DNA from: a virus | Lineage: Duplodnaviria > Caudoviricetes | Strand: one strand, 5' to 3' | DNA length: 58,434 nucleotides | Virus record (IMG/VR): IMGVR_UViG_3300035193_000026 | Span: 1 to 58,434 of that record | Shown here: positions 38,609 to 47,061 of the stretch, piece after piece | Layout: every line of letters starts with the position of its first letter | How positions within the stretch are numbered: the first letter of the stretch is position 1 | The notes under the pieces: generated by a model | Database searches by the model: none | The model's input: only the letters and a program-made list of their open reading frames with translations | Told to the model about the DNA's origin: nothing | Program-made: the position numbers and the translations under genes

Positions 38609-39034
38609 CTATTCTCCTTCATCTTTTTTATCTGTCCATTCTCTATGTAATAAAAACTCAATGTTTTTTATTCGCTGTTTAAGATCTCCAAGCATTTCAA
38701 GGATAGCGTCGTGTAAATCTCTTCCTGCTAACAATTCCATTTCCTGCATATTCTTTTGATAATGAGTTCTGAGAGATTTCAAATATGTTAATCTATTCTG
38801 AATGTTGTTTTTATTCTTTATCAGAATAGTTCGCCTTTCATTGTGAGACCTTTTGCACAGAGGTTTGCCTGTATCATCTTCTAAAATTGGTTTTGAGAGC
38901 ATCAAATCAATATCTCTTTGCATCCGGGAAAGGGTCTCCCTTTCATGTACCCATTCGGAATAGGTTTTAGGGTCTGTATTTTCGCCCGAGTATAATTGAG
39001 TTGCTATCTTAGAACTTATGCCTTGTGGTCTCAT
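38609..39034 (-). CDS. hypothetical coiled-coil protein
   Basis: 141-aa ORF with RBS. Confidence 0.65.
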   Translation of the reverse strand: MRPQGISSKIATQLYSGENTDPKTYSEWVHERETLSRMQRDIDLMLSKPILEDDTGKPLCKRSHNERRTILIKNKNNIQNRLTYLKSLRTHYQKNMQEMELLAGRDLHDAILEMLGDLKQRIKNIEFLLHREWTDKKDEGE

Positions 39035-39037
39035 CTG

Positions 39038-39250
39038 TTATCCTCCTTTGGCGAGGGTGTTGATTTTATTTATAGCTTTACTAACGGGCCAGATATCAGA
39101 TAGTGGTTCACATATCTCTGCTATCTCTGCTAACCTGGATTCAAGGTGGTCTATGTATTTGTCTTGAGCTTGGGAAAGTTCCATCCAACTGATAAATTCA
39201 CCTGAACCACCTCTGTTGTAAGTGTAATTATGTTCATCAGGTCTAATCAT
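39038..39250 (-). CDS. hypothetical protein (partial paralog of next ORF)
   Basis: SRLAEIAEI...INK..TLAKGG. Confidence 0.6.
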   Translation of the reverse strand: MIRPDEHNYTYNRGGSGEFISWMELSQAQDKYIDHLESRLAEIAEICEPLSDIWPVSKAINKINTLAKGG

Positions 39251-39506
39251 TTATTCCTCCTCCTCTGGCAAGGGTGTACATTTTGTTTATACGTCTTATA
39301 ACTTCATCCCTTTGTGCAATTATTCCCTCACTTGTAGTTAAATCTTTTTGTGGAATATCTGCTTCTAGTATTTCCGCTATCTCTGACAATCTGGATTTAA
39401 AGTAGTCATAAACCCACTGGACCTTCTCATTGCAACTCAATTCGATCCATTGGTTATATTCGTCTGATTGTTCATTCCATAATTGGATTATTTGTTCAAG
39501 AGTCAT
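39243..39506 (-). CDS. hypothetical protein (partial paralog of previous ORF)
   Basis: SRLSEIAEI...INK..TLARGG. Confidence 0.6.
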   Translation of the reverse strand: MTLEQIIQLWNEQSDEYNQWIELSCNEKVQWVYDYFKSRLSEIAEILEADIPQKDLTTSEGIIAQRDEVIRRINKMYTLARGGGIND

Positions 39507-39682
39507 TCTTGTTCATCCTGTAGTTCTTTCCAGTTATATCCGGTTTGGTTTGTTTCATCCAAGATACATTTTAAATCCTCTATAGGGATAGAAATATTGC
39601 TAGGTTCTTGGTTTGTTTCGACATAACACGGCCTATCTACTCCACAGCCTTCACATTTGTATTTTCTTTTTTCAGTTTCCAT
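39503..39682 (-). CDS. Cys-containing micro-protein, 59 aa, not in ORF track
   Basis: METEKRKYKCEGCG...; GGAGG RBS; ATGA coupling. Confidence 0.55.
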   Translation of the reverse strand: METEKRKYKCEGCGVDRPCYVETNQEPSNISIPIEDLKCILDETNQTGYNWKELQDEQE

Positions 39683-39731
39683 TTATTCCTCCATGATGTA
39701 CTCTGTACAATTGAGGGCATCGGCAAGGGCC

Positions 39732-39926
39732 TTATTTATCCTCCAGCAAGATGGCATTATCTGTTAAAGAGTGTAGAGTAGAACAATTACCACATATTAT
39801 AAAAACCTCTGGTAGATATGCCTCTTCTTCTATTGTTATATCCCGACCTTTAGGGTCGATAATAAACGAAAACATGTCATTACACCCGCAATTCCCACAT
39901 ATAATATGCAATTTAGCCATAACCAT
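39732..39926 (-). CDS. zinc-ribbon protein
   Basis: CGNC...CGNC. Confidence 0.6.
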   Translation of the reverse strand: MVMAKLHIICGNCGCNDMFSFIIDPKGRDITIEEEAYLPEVFIICGNCSTLHSLTDNAILLEDK

Positions 39927-39927
39927 C

Positions 39928-40152
39928 TTACTCCCCCTTTAACTCCTCAACCTTAACCCTTAATGCATCTGCTAAACACTTAAGAGTCGTTTCATTGGGA
40001 TAACAATTTGTTCCTTTTTCAAGGCTTATAATGGTTCCACGAGACACACCTGAACGAACAGCCAACTCATTTTGATCTAATCCGGCCCGTCTACGATAAA
40101 TCATTATTTTTTCACCTAAAGTTAATTTTTCCATATGTTTTATCCTTGACAT
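39928..40152 (-). CDS. XRE-family HTH transcriptional regulator
   Basis: LGEKI...R...GL.Q.ELA...GVS...I..LEKG...P....L..LA.AL. Confidence 0.85.
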   Translation of the reverse strand: MSRIKHMEKLTLGEKIMIYRRRAGLDQNELAVRSGVSRGTIISLEKGTNCYPNETTLKCLADALRVKVEELKGE

Positions 40153-40447
40153 ATATTTAATATTAATCTATGATCCAGTTATTGTCAAACAAAATCGTAA
40201 ATTATTTTCATCTCAGGCCCGTAAACCCCTAACGTGGTAAGTCTGAGAATAAACCGTAAACCTTTAAATAAAGCTTTTGTCGCAAGCCTTAACATGCTTG
40301 TTCCGTAATCCCGGCGGTCAGATTCCCTTCCCTTGCCAGAGTAGAATGGGTAACTGAATAACGTAAGACAAGATTTAAATCGAAACTGCAAAAGCTGAAA
40401 AGCCTGGCATGGGGTCTTAGAGGGTGATCTGTGTCTTTTACCCATCT

Positions 40448-40594
40448 TTATTCCTCCTCCAATACAAGATTTTCATGTCCACAAATAGGGCAAGGATAAT
40501 AATCTCCATTTGCATATGTAGCTGAAAATTCCACTACAACGTCATTACCTTCGTATCCACAATCGTCACAATAATAATATTCGACTTTATCCAT
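40448..40594 (-). CDS. zinc-ribbon protein
   Basis: CDDC...CPICG. Confidence 0.55.
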   Translation of the reverse strand: MDKVEYYYCDDCGYEGNDVVVEFSATYANGDYYPCPICGHENLVLEEE

Positions 40595-40784
40595 CTTTAT
40601 TTTCCTACCCTTTTTTCTTGATTTACTCATATTCTTCAACAACCCATGTTACGAAAATCAATAAACCGACTAAATAAACTGCATCAGGCTTGGAATTTAA
40701 AATAAGCATAGATATACAAATGAAAATTCCGATAATTTTACAGGTTAAAGACATTATTTCGCTCCCATATTTCTTAATGCTTAG

Positions 40785-41030
40785 TTAGTCCAATTCAGGC
40801 ACTATAAAATCATCAAATGCCTTAAGAGTTACCCTCTTAAATTCATCTAATGGAACACCCTGATTACAATAATTATAAGAATGATCTATTATCAGCCCTA
40901 TCGCACTTTTTATAAATTCTAAATTTTCACCTGAGAGTTTAGAATTGTTCAAAAGATAAACATTGAGCGTGAAGGATAATAAAAAGACGACTGGCAATAT
41001 TTTATCACAAAACTTTTTATATCTATTCAT
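40785..41030 (-). CDS. hypothetical membrane-anchored protein
   Basis: N-terminal hydrophobic segment. Confidence 0.55.
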   Translation of the reverse strand: MNRYKKFCDKILPVVFLLSFTLNVYLLNNSKLSGENLEFIKSAIGLIIDHSYNYCNQGVPLDEFKRVTLKAFDDFIVPELD

Positions 41031-41244
41031 ATTGTTCTCCCATATTTCTTAAAGTTCTTTCAACACAGTCTGAATAAGGGCTATCTTCACACGCCCTCTC
41101 TGCTCTTTCTAATGGTGTCATGAGCTCCATATTTGGCTCTGGGACGTCTTTTTCACTACAGCCTTTACTTGGTATTAGACAAGCAATTAAAAGCAGTGTG
41201 ATGAGGATTCCGGTTGTTATCAGGTCTTTATGTATTGGTTTCAT
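41023..41244 (-). CDS. hypothetical membrane or lipoprotein-like protein
   Basis: Hydrophobic N-terminus followed by Cys residues. Confidence 0.5.
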   Translation of the reverse strand: MKPIHKDLITTGILITLLLIACLIPSKGCSEKDVPEPNMELMTPLERAERACEDSPYSDCVERTLRNMGEQYE

Positions 41245-41256
41245 CCCATCCTCCTT

Positions 41257-41457
41257 TTAGGCGGGTGACCTAGAGGCATCCTTAAAACGTCTAGGGAACC
41301 AGTCACAATAAGTATCTTCTGGCTTATGACCAAACATAGCACAGCATTTTTTAGTGTGATAACAATCTCCACAGGTCTTACCATTTGGCAATTCCATACA
41401 TGTCTCAGGAGTGCATGATTTATCAACACAACAGCCATGAGTCCAATTACTTGACAT
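41257..41457 (-). CDS. Cys-rich hypothetical protein
   Basis: MELP.GKTCGDC...C...CDW.P.RF. Confidence 0.6.
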   Translation of the reverse strand: MSSNWTHGCCVDKSCTPETCMELPNGKTCGDCYHTKKCCAMFGHKPEDTYCDWFPRRFKDASRSPA

Positions 41458-41537
41458 TCCTTATCTCCTTTAATTTAGGCGGGCAACCCAATGTCACCCG
41501 CCCTACCTGTCCACTATAGGCAATGGTACAGGGTTAA

Positions 41538-41861
41538 TTAAAGATCAAGGTCACCTTTGGCCATTAAAAATGCCTCTTTAACTGCATCGATAATACGATT
41601 TAAACATTTTCTGTCAGCAACCTTTATTCTTGGGGGTGCAATATTATCAATAAGATAATCATTATCAACATCCAAAAAAAATTGATGGATTTTTCTATCT
41701 CCCATCGCGTTCCAATATGCGCCCCAAAATTGGCCGTAACATTCAATTATTACTCTACCTTTGCCATCTGCAATATCCTCAAGGTATACATTGATAAGGC
41801 CTAAAGCTGGAGCATCCTTTATTTTAAGTTGTTTTATTTTATAAGATGTTGTTATTTCCAT
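41538..41861 (-). CDS. hypothetical phage protein
   Basis: GAGGA RBS before MEITT; I.VYLED...GKG.V.I.CYG..W...W.AMG. Confidence 0.65.
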   Translation of the reverse strand: MEITTSYKIKQLKIKDAPALGLINVYLEDIADGKGRVIIECYGQFWGAYWNAMGDRKIHQFFLDVDNDYLIDNIAPPRIKVADRKCLNRIIDAVKEAFLMAKGDLDL

Positions 41862-42065
41862 TTTATCCTCTTTAATTGGCCGGGAGTCATAATAACCTCC
41901 CGGCATTTAGCAGGGCCTAAGCCCGCGCCCTCGGTCGAAACCAGAGGGGGAATTGCCCCTTTGTGCCTACATTATCTCCTACGCACTAAGCGTAAGGCTT
42001 CAGCACTCAGGGGCTTTTACTGGCAGCTTGTATCTTTACAAAAAGGAAGCCTGCCAGCAAATTTA

Positions 42066-42215
42066 CTACCTATGCTTCCACGCAAGTCCCTTTTTATTCC
42101 GGTACTTGCTTGCTTGTCTTGATGTGGGCCTTATTTCGATACCACATTTCTTCTTTACCCCATAACAAGCTCTTCTAAATTCTTCGTTTTTTTCTGAAAA
42201 CTCTTTATTTGTCAT
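42066..42215 (-). CDS. basic micro-protein, 49 aa, not in ORF track
   Basis: MTNKEFSEKNEEFRRAC...PTSRQASKYRNKKGLAWKHR. Confidence 0.55.
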   Translation of the reverse strand: MTNKEFSEKNEEFRRACYGVKKKCGIEIRPTSRQASKYRNKKGLAWKHR

Positions 42216-42489
42216 CTGTGGGTTATTTACCTCCTGTATGAGTTTAACATGCCCATTACCTGTATCAAGGCCGTTAGTAGTGGGTAACCAGGTCGCTCAG
42301 GTAGGTGGTATAATTAACCTGTTTACCTGCCCTCATTGTACCCACTGTTAACGACCCTGATGTTACCCTTATGCCGTCCGTCTTATCTCCCAAGCTCTCT
42401 TGGCTTTTTGCCTTTTTAGTGGAACAGGTGAGGTAAGAGATGTCACGGTATCCGCAGTCGAAACCGCAGTTAAGGGATAAAGCTTAAAC

Positions 42490-42687
42490 TTATGAATCTG
42501 GCCCATCAACCCACCAGACATTTGCGCATTCGTTACACCTGTAATAATAATCAGTATAACCACCACATGATGAATCCCATTCTTTATAATATACATTAGT
42601 TGAATTACACACTTTACAGTTAGTGTATTTTGTCTTTTTCCATTTTGAAAAAACACCATCACTATCTTTCATTGGTTTTGTGTGCAT
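42490..42687 (-). CDS. zinc-ribbon protein
   Basis: CKVC...CNEC; AAGGAG RBS. Confidence 0.65.
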   Translation of the reverse strand: MHTKPMKDSDGVFSKWKKTKYTNCKVCNSTNVYYKEWDSSCGGYTDYYYRCNECANVWWVDGPDS

Positions 42688-43188
42688 TTATTCTCCTTAA
42701 GCCGACAACCAAGTAACTGACTACGCGCATTACTTAGTGATCTGTTTGGTAAAGCTAAGTGGGTGAAGCGTGCTATCTCGCGCATTTAAAGCTGTAACAC
42801 ATGTTACCATGTGAACCACCCCCCGTCAATTATATTTCAATTGATAGGGCTTCAGCCTTACTTACCCTGTCCCATGTGATCTTACCATTTACCGTATAAA
42901 GTACATGCCAAAGCATGTCCCATTTCATTTTTCTTACTCCTATTATTTCGTGATTTTTATATGACATTTTAATTCCCTCTCCTTAGTGAGTGCCGGGGCG
43001 TTTAAGCACCCCATATAAGTAATACCCCTAATATGGCCCAACCTATTCCTGTAGTACCATTTGAGATATACATACAAAATGCACCCATAGCACATACCCC
43101 AATCGTTGCCAACCCCTTACCTATATATGATTTGTTTTCCAATTTGTTTCTCCATTCGGTAAAATAGGAATTATCTAAGCTTCGGGTA

Positions 43189-43275
43189 TAAGATACTCCC
43201 ATTGATTTTGTTTGTCAAGAAATATCGACAAAAAAAATAAAAAAGATTGACTTTTCTGAAAATATCTATAAAATA
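43189..43275. promoter_or_regulatory. divergent sigma70 promoter pair (early switch region)
   Basis: Leftward TTGACA-17-TATCTT; rightward TTGACT-16-TAAAAT; coding strand switches here. Confidence 0.65.
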
Positions 43276-43281
43276 GGAGCC

Positions 43282-43482
43282 ATGAAAATAGATAAAGAAC
43301 TTATAGAAAATGCAATGCAAGCTGATAGATGGACAGTTCCTTTACTTGCTAAGGAATTAGGAATACACAGGCAATCTCTTTATAATTGGCTTGGGAATGA
43401 AGATATACCAAAGGCAGAACATATTTTTAAGCTTTCAAAAATATTAAAACTCCCTGTTAGCCAAATTGCTATTGAGCCCTAA
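43282..43482 (+). CDS. Cro-like HTH regulator
   Basis: LAKELGIHRQSLYNW.....P....I.KLS..L. Confidence 0.8.
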   Translation: MKIDKELIENAMQADRWTVPLLAKELGIHRQSLYNWLGNEDIPKAEHIFKLSKILKLPVSQIAIEP

Positions 43483-43671
43483 CCGTAAACCCTAAAAGCA
43501 TTATAAAGTGAGGTGATTAGATGGACAACAATTTAAGAGAACTCTTAAAGCAACTTATAATTATGATTTGTTATCATCCTGATTTTCCACAATCAGCTAA
43601 AAATGGGCTACTCAATAAAGCATCCGAATGTGGTATAACTTTTCATGATCCGGACTATAAAGGGGAATTAG

Positions 43672-43878
43672 ATGAAACTTAAAGACGGATATATCATCAC
43701 AGAAGGAATAGAGGGATATTGGCATTATCATATAAGTCATGAAAAGTCTTTTACTAAATCCCTTTGTGGAAAGCAAACCATGAAATGCAATTTACCAGAA
43801 AAAGGGTGGGGCGTTAAGTCTCACTTAAGGGAAAGATATTGTTCTGATTGTATTAATATTATGAGTTGTGCCGAGTAA
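43672..43878 (+). CDS. hypothetical protein
   Basis: H...LCG...CSDC; RBS. Confidence 0.6.
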   Translation: MKLKDGYIITEGIEGYWHYHISHEKSFTKSLCGKQTMKCNLPEKGWGVKSHLRERYCSDCINIMSCAE

Positions 43879-43897
43879 AATAACAAAGGGGGATTAG

Positions 43898-44077
43898 ATG
43901 AAAGCGACAAAAAAGGCCAAAACATCGAAAGTTACATGGAGAGAAATTCCAGCAATAAGACGTGAGAGCGAATTTCAATGTCCTGCTTGTAAGATAAATT
44001 ACAGAAATACTCTTGACTATCACTCTAAAATAACTCGCTTCAAATGTGATTGCGGTCAAGAAATAATAGTAAAGTAA
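43898..44077 (+). CDS. zinc-ribbon micro-protein, not in ORF track
   Basis: GGGGGA RBS; CPAC...CDCG. Confidence 0.55.
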   Translation: MKATKKAKTSKVTWREIPAIRRESEFQCPACKINYRNTLDYHSKITRFKCDCGQEIIVK

Positions 44078-44305
44078 CAAAGGGGGAGAGATAAGATGTT
44101 AAATATATCAGTTGTAAGATATGAAGCGGCTAAACCAATATATGAACATATAGAATGTGAAAGACTCTTATGGGCAGATAAATATATAATTTTTGAAGGC
44201 AATCAGGGGAGCAAATTAATTCCTGTTGCACCCATAATATCAATAAGTATAACTGGCGAAGATAGTTGACGCCATGATCAACACAGAGGAGATGTAAGAT
44301 GTAAG

Positions 44306-44557
44306 ATGGAAGAAGGATCAGTCGTAGATTACATGAAATATTGTTCGGATTTTTATTCTCATAACTTTAACCATGAAAAATGCAGCGAGTGTGGAGGCAC
44401 AGGAATTATACCAATGATGTGTTGTAATGGTCATGAATGTAATTGTATGGGTTATCCTGTAGACTTTAAAACACAATGTGGATACTGTGGAAAACAACAT
44501 ATCCTTCCTGAACGATTAGTGCCATACAAAAGCTCTTGCGCCCAAGGAGGTAAGTAG
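44306..44557 (+). CDS. Cys-rich hypothetical protein
   Basis: CSECGGTG, CC....C.C.G.P. Confidence 0.6.
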   Translation: MEEGSVVDYMKYCSDFYSHNFNHEKCSECGGTGIIPMMCCNGHECNCMGYPVDFKTQCGYCGKQHILPERLVPYKSSCAQGGK

Positions 44558-44827
44558 ATGAAAGATCAATATATTTTAATGCCTAAAGAATTGACCGCAG
44601 AGAATGGAGCTAAGGGGCTATTGATTGGGGAATTTTCAGAAAGATTTGAATTTAATTGTCCTGATTGTCTTGGTGAAGCTGGCTTTGATTGTGAACTATG
44701 TGATGGTGAAGGAGTTTATTATCATACTTTCACAGTCTCATGGACTACTATCAAAGATATATACAAGATGGCTGTAAAACACTTATCTCAACCTCTCCCG
44801 CCAAAGGAAAAGGAGACAGTGAGATGA
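44558..44827 (+). CDS. phage protein with DnaJ-type zinc motif
   Basis: PKELTAENGAK...CPDC...CELCDGEG...WTTIK.IY. Confidence 0.65.
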   Translation: MKDQYILMPKELTAENGAKGLLIGEFSERFEFNCPDCLGEAGFDCELCDGEGVYYHTFTVSWTTIKDIYKMAVKHLSQPLPPKEKETVR

Positions 44828-44994
44828 AAATTAATATAGAAACAGGTCACTATTGTGTTAATTGCAGTGGATTAAAATATTTAGGCGATGATAAGCCATA
44901 CTGCAAGAAATACAAAAGAAGAATATTTTCATCTGTATTTTGGGAAAGAGCATCATTTTGTATTGAACCTCTCCCACCAAAGGAAAAGGAATGA
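44824..44994 (+). CDS. Cys-rich micro-protein
   Basis: ATGA-coupled start MKINIETG...CVNC. Confidence 0.55.
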   Translation: MKINIETGHYCVNCSGLKYLGDDKPYCKKYKRRIFSSVFWERASFCIEPLPPKEKE

Positions 44995-45407
44995 AAATAA
45001 ACCGGGAACAAGTTTATAATAAGTATGGTGGCTTGTGTGGGTATTCAGGAACGCCTCTTGAGGATGACTGGCAAGTTGATCATATTGTTCCTCAAAGGGT
45101 GGCGCATTTTTTTAATATTGAAAGGTATAGAGAAAAATACGGGATTAATAGTGTTGACGATATTGAAAACCTTATACCTTGTCAAAAGATAATCAACCAT
45201 TACAAAAGATCTTTAAGCTTAGAAGAGTTTAGGACTTTATGGCTTGGTGGTTTACATAAACGGCTAGATAAGCCTAAAAATCCAAGGACTGAAAAGAGTA
45301 GGAAAACTAAAGAATACAGATTAAAAGTGGCCTCATATTTCGGGATAACACCTGATAAACCATTTTCAGGAGTGTTTTATTTTGAGACCCTTAAAGAAAA
45401 GGAATAG
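44991..45407 (+). CDS. HNH endonuclease
   Basis: R..VY.KY.G.C.YSG...WQVDH..P...NL.P.....N..K. Confidence 0.85.
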   Translation: MKINREQVYNKYGGLCGYSGTPLEDDWQVDHIVPQRVAHFFNIERYREKYGINSVDDIENLIPCQKIINHYKRSLSLEEFRTLWLGGLHKRLDKPKNPRTEKSRKTKEYRLKVASYFGITPDKPFSGVFYFETLKEKE

Positions 45408-45409
45408 AT

Positions 45410-45661
45410 ATGGCAATGAGTTTAACGGGAGCCAAACAAGTTCCTGAAATAGCTTTTGAATATTGGGGGTGGGTTGACACTATGATTAATAACCCTGGAA
45501 TGTATGGATTAGATATGCGGCGGTCAGAGTGTCATGATAGATTATGCAGTCAATATAAAATAGAAAAAGAGACGTCAAGGAAGGTTACGGACCACTTGGA
45601 TAAGTATTCTGATGTGGTTGAAATGCACTACGCCTTGATAGCTTTACAGAAAAAGGAATAA
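45410..45661 (+). CDS. hypothetical protein
   Basis: Coupled ORF. Confidence 0.6.
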   Translation: MAMSLTGAKQVPEIAFEYWGWVDTMINNPGMYGLDMRRSECHDRLCSQYKIEKETSRKVTDHLDKYSDVVEMHYALIALQKKE

Positions 45662-45664
45662 ACT

Positions 45665-45847
45665 ATGAGTTGTGACAGAAGATGTTTTGATGAAACAGAT
45701 AAATGGTATGATCATGGAAACTGCTCAACTTGTCCCGGACAGGATTCAGGTCCATCGAGAGATGGTAAATCATATTGTGCTAGATGTAAAAGATGGCACT
45801 CTTTTAATAAATGGCCCCATAAACCAGAACCCGAGGAAAAGGAATGA
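45665..45847 (+). CDS. Cys-rich hypothetical protein
   Basis: Coupled ORF with several CxxC. Confidence 0.55.
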   Translation: MSCDRRCFDETDKWYDHGNCSTCPGQDSGPSRDGKSYCARCKRWHSFNKWPHKPEPEEKE

Positions 45848-45878
45848 ACTATGCAACCCAAAAATAAGGAGTGAGTAA

Positions 45879-46064
45879 ATGAAAAGGATAAAAGAATTAA
45901 TAGAAAAATGGAGAAATGGTGAGGCAGATTATAATAAGATTGAAACGTGTCGCAGGGAGTTTGATGGAGTAGTGGCCGACGCTACTTTTAATTATTGTGC
46001 AGATGAGATTGAATATATATTGAATACTATAGAAGCTGAAGAAGCTCTTAAGGAACTCAAATGA
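45879..46064 (+). CDS. hypothetical protein
   Basis: GGAG RBS. Confidence 0.55.
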   Translation: MKRIKELIEKWRNGEADYNKIETCRREFDGVVADATFNYCADEIEYILNTIEAEEALKELK

Positions 46065-46336
46065 AAAAATATCAATCATACTTAACAGTTAATTTATCAC
46101 CTAAAAGAGCAAAGAAGATCCAGGGGCAATGTGATGAGGAACGCCCTTTGTTCAGTAAACCTTATAACGCTGAAACGGTAGGAGAAGTAGTAAGAATAGC
46201 AGCAGAAAGAGCTATACAAGCCCTTATTCCGTCGGCCACAGTCGAATTAACCGGGGAAGGGCTGGTTGATATACAAAAGGAAGAACCAGAAGTAAGTGAA
46301 TCGATTAAAGCTGTTGTTAAATCCATAAGATCATGA
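46061..46336 (+). CDS. hypothetical protein
   Basis: Coupled ORF. Confidence 0.6.
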   Translation: MKKYQSYLTVNLSPKRAKKIQGQCDEERPLFSKPYNAETVGEVVRIAAERAIQALIPSATVELTGEGLVDIQKEEPEVSESIKAVVKSIRS

Positions 46337-46578
46337 GGACATAAAAGAGTTGGAAGAGACGCATAAGCCGTGGTGGAAACGTTTATTTGAAAGGAGACAA
46401 TTATGAAACTAATAATTGATCAAATACATGGTTGAGAGGTTGAAGTTACATCGCTTACCGTGGGTGAGTATAATAATTTTATGACTATGCAAATTCCTAT
46501 GAGCCTGGAAGAGCTCAAGGATGAAATTGATAAGGCTATTAAAAAAAAGAGATAGCTTTGTCCAACCATTCAACCCCC

Positions 46579-46607
46579 TTGACATTTAACAGGAAGTAAA
46601 ATAGAAT
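46579..46607 (+). promoter_or_regulatory. sigma70-type promoter of replication operon
   Basis: TTGACA-17nt-TAGAAT. Confidence 0.7.
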
Positions 46608-46743
46608 AGGCAAATGCGAAGATATAGGACCAAGATGAATACTTTAAAATTAGAAAACGGCTTATCAGGGGCAGTTCACTTCTTGTGTTCTGTCTTCGCA
46701 GACTCGCTCCTGGTAAGTCGTTTTGTGTTTTTGAGGTGATATA

Positions 46744-47061
46744 ACGACAGATTATTCAGAAAGATTAAAGGACCCACGCTGGCAAAAGAAGCGTTGTTTG
46801 ATTATGTATCGAGATGGATATGTATGTCAAAATTGTGGAGATGAAACAATTTTGTTATGTGTTCATCATTTAGCTTATTATCCTGGCAGGGACCCATGGG
46901 ATTATGATGACGATGAATTAGTAACATGGTGTATCGATTGCCATAATGGGAAACATAATGAAATGAATTTTCAAGAAGCTACTGAAAAAATAATCGAAAA
47001 ACCTTTTACTACTGACCGAAGCCTTTTCGTTGACAGGATGATTATTAAATATGGAATCTAA
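46744..47061 (+). CDS. HNH endonuclease with non-ATG (ACG/ATA) apparent start
   Basis: Y...LKDPRWQKKR..I..RDG..CQ.CG.....L.VHH..Y......W.Y....L.T.C..CH; in-frame TGA at 46732. Confidence 0.75.
   Translation, partial: TTDYSERLKDPRWQKKRCLIMYRDGYVCQNCGDETILLCVHHLAYYPGRDPWDYDDDELVTWCIDCHNGKHNEMNFQEATEKIIEKPFTTDRSLFVDRMIIKYGI

Noticed and set aside
40185-40445. 86-aa ORF
   Set aside because: Atypical composition and no motif; may be non-coding or structured, so not called
42420-42480. GGTTTCGAC on the minus strand suggesting tmRNA or tRNA
   Set aside because: No acceptor stem, CCA end or tag reading frame could be assembled
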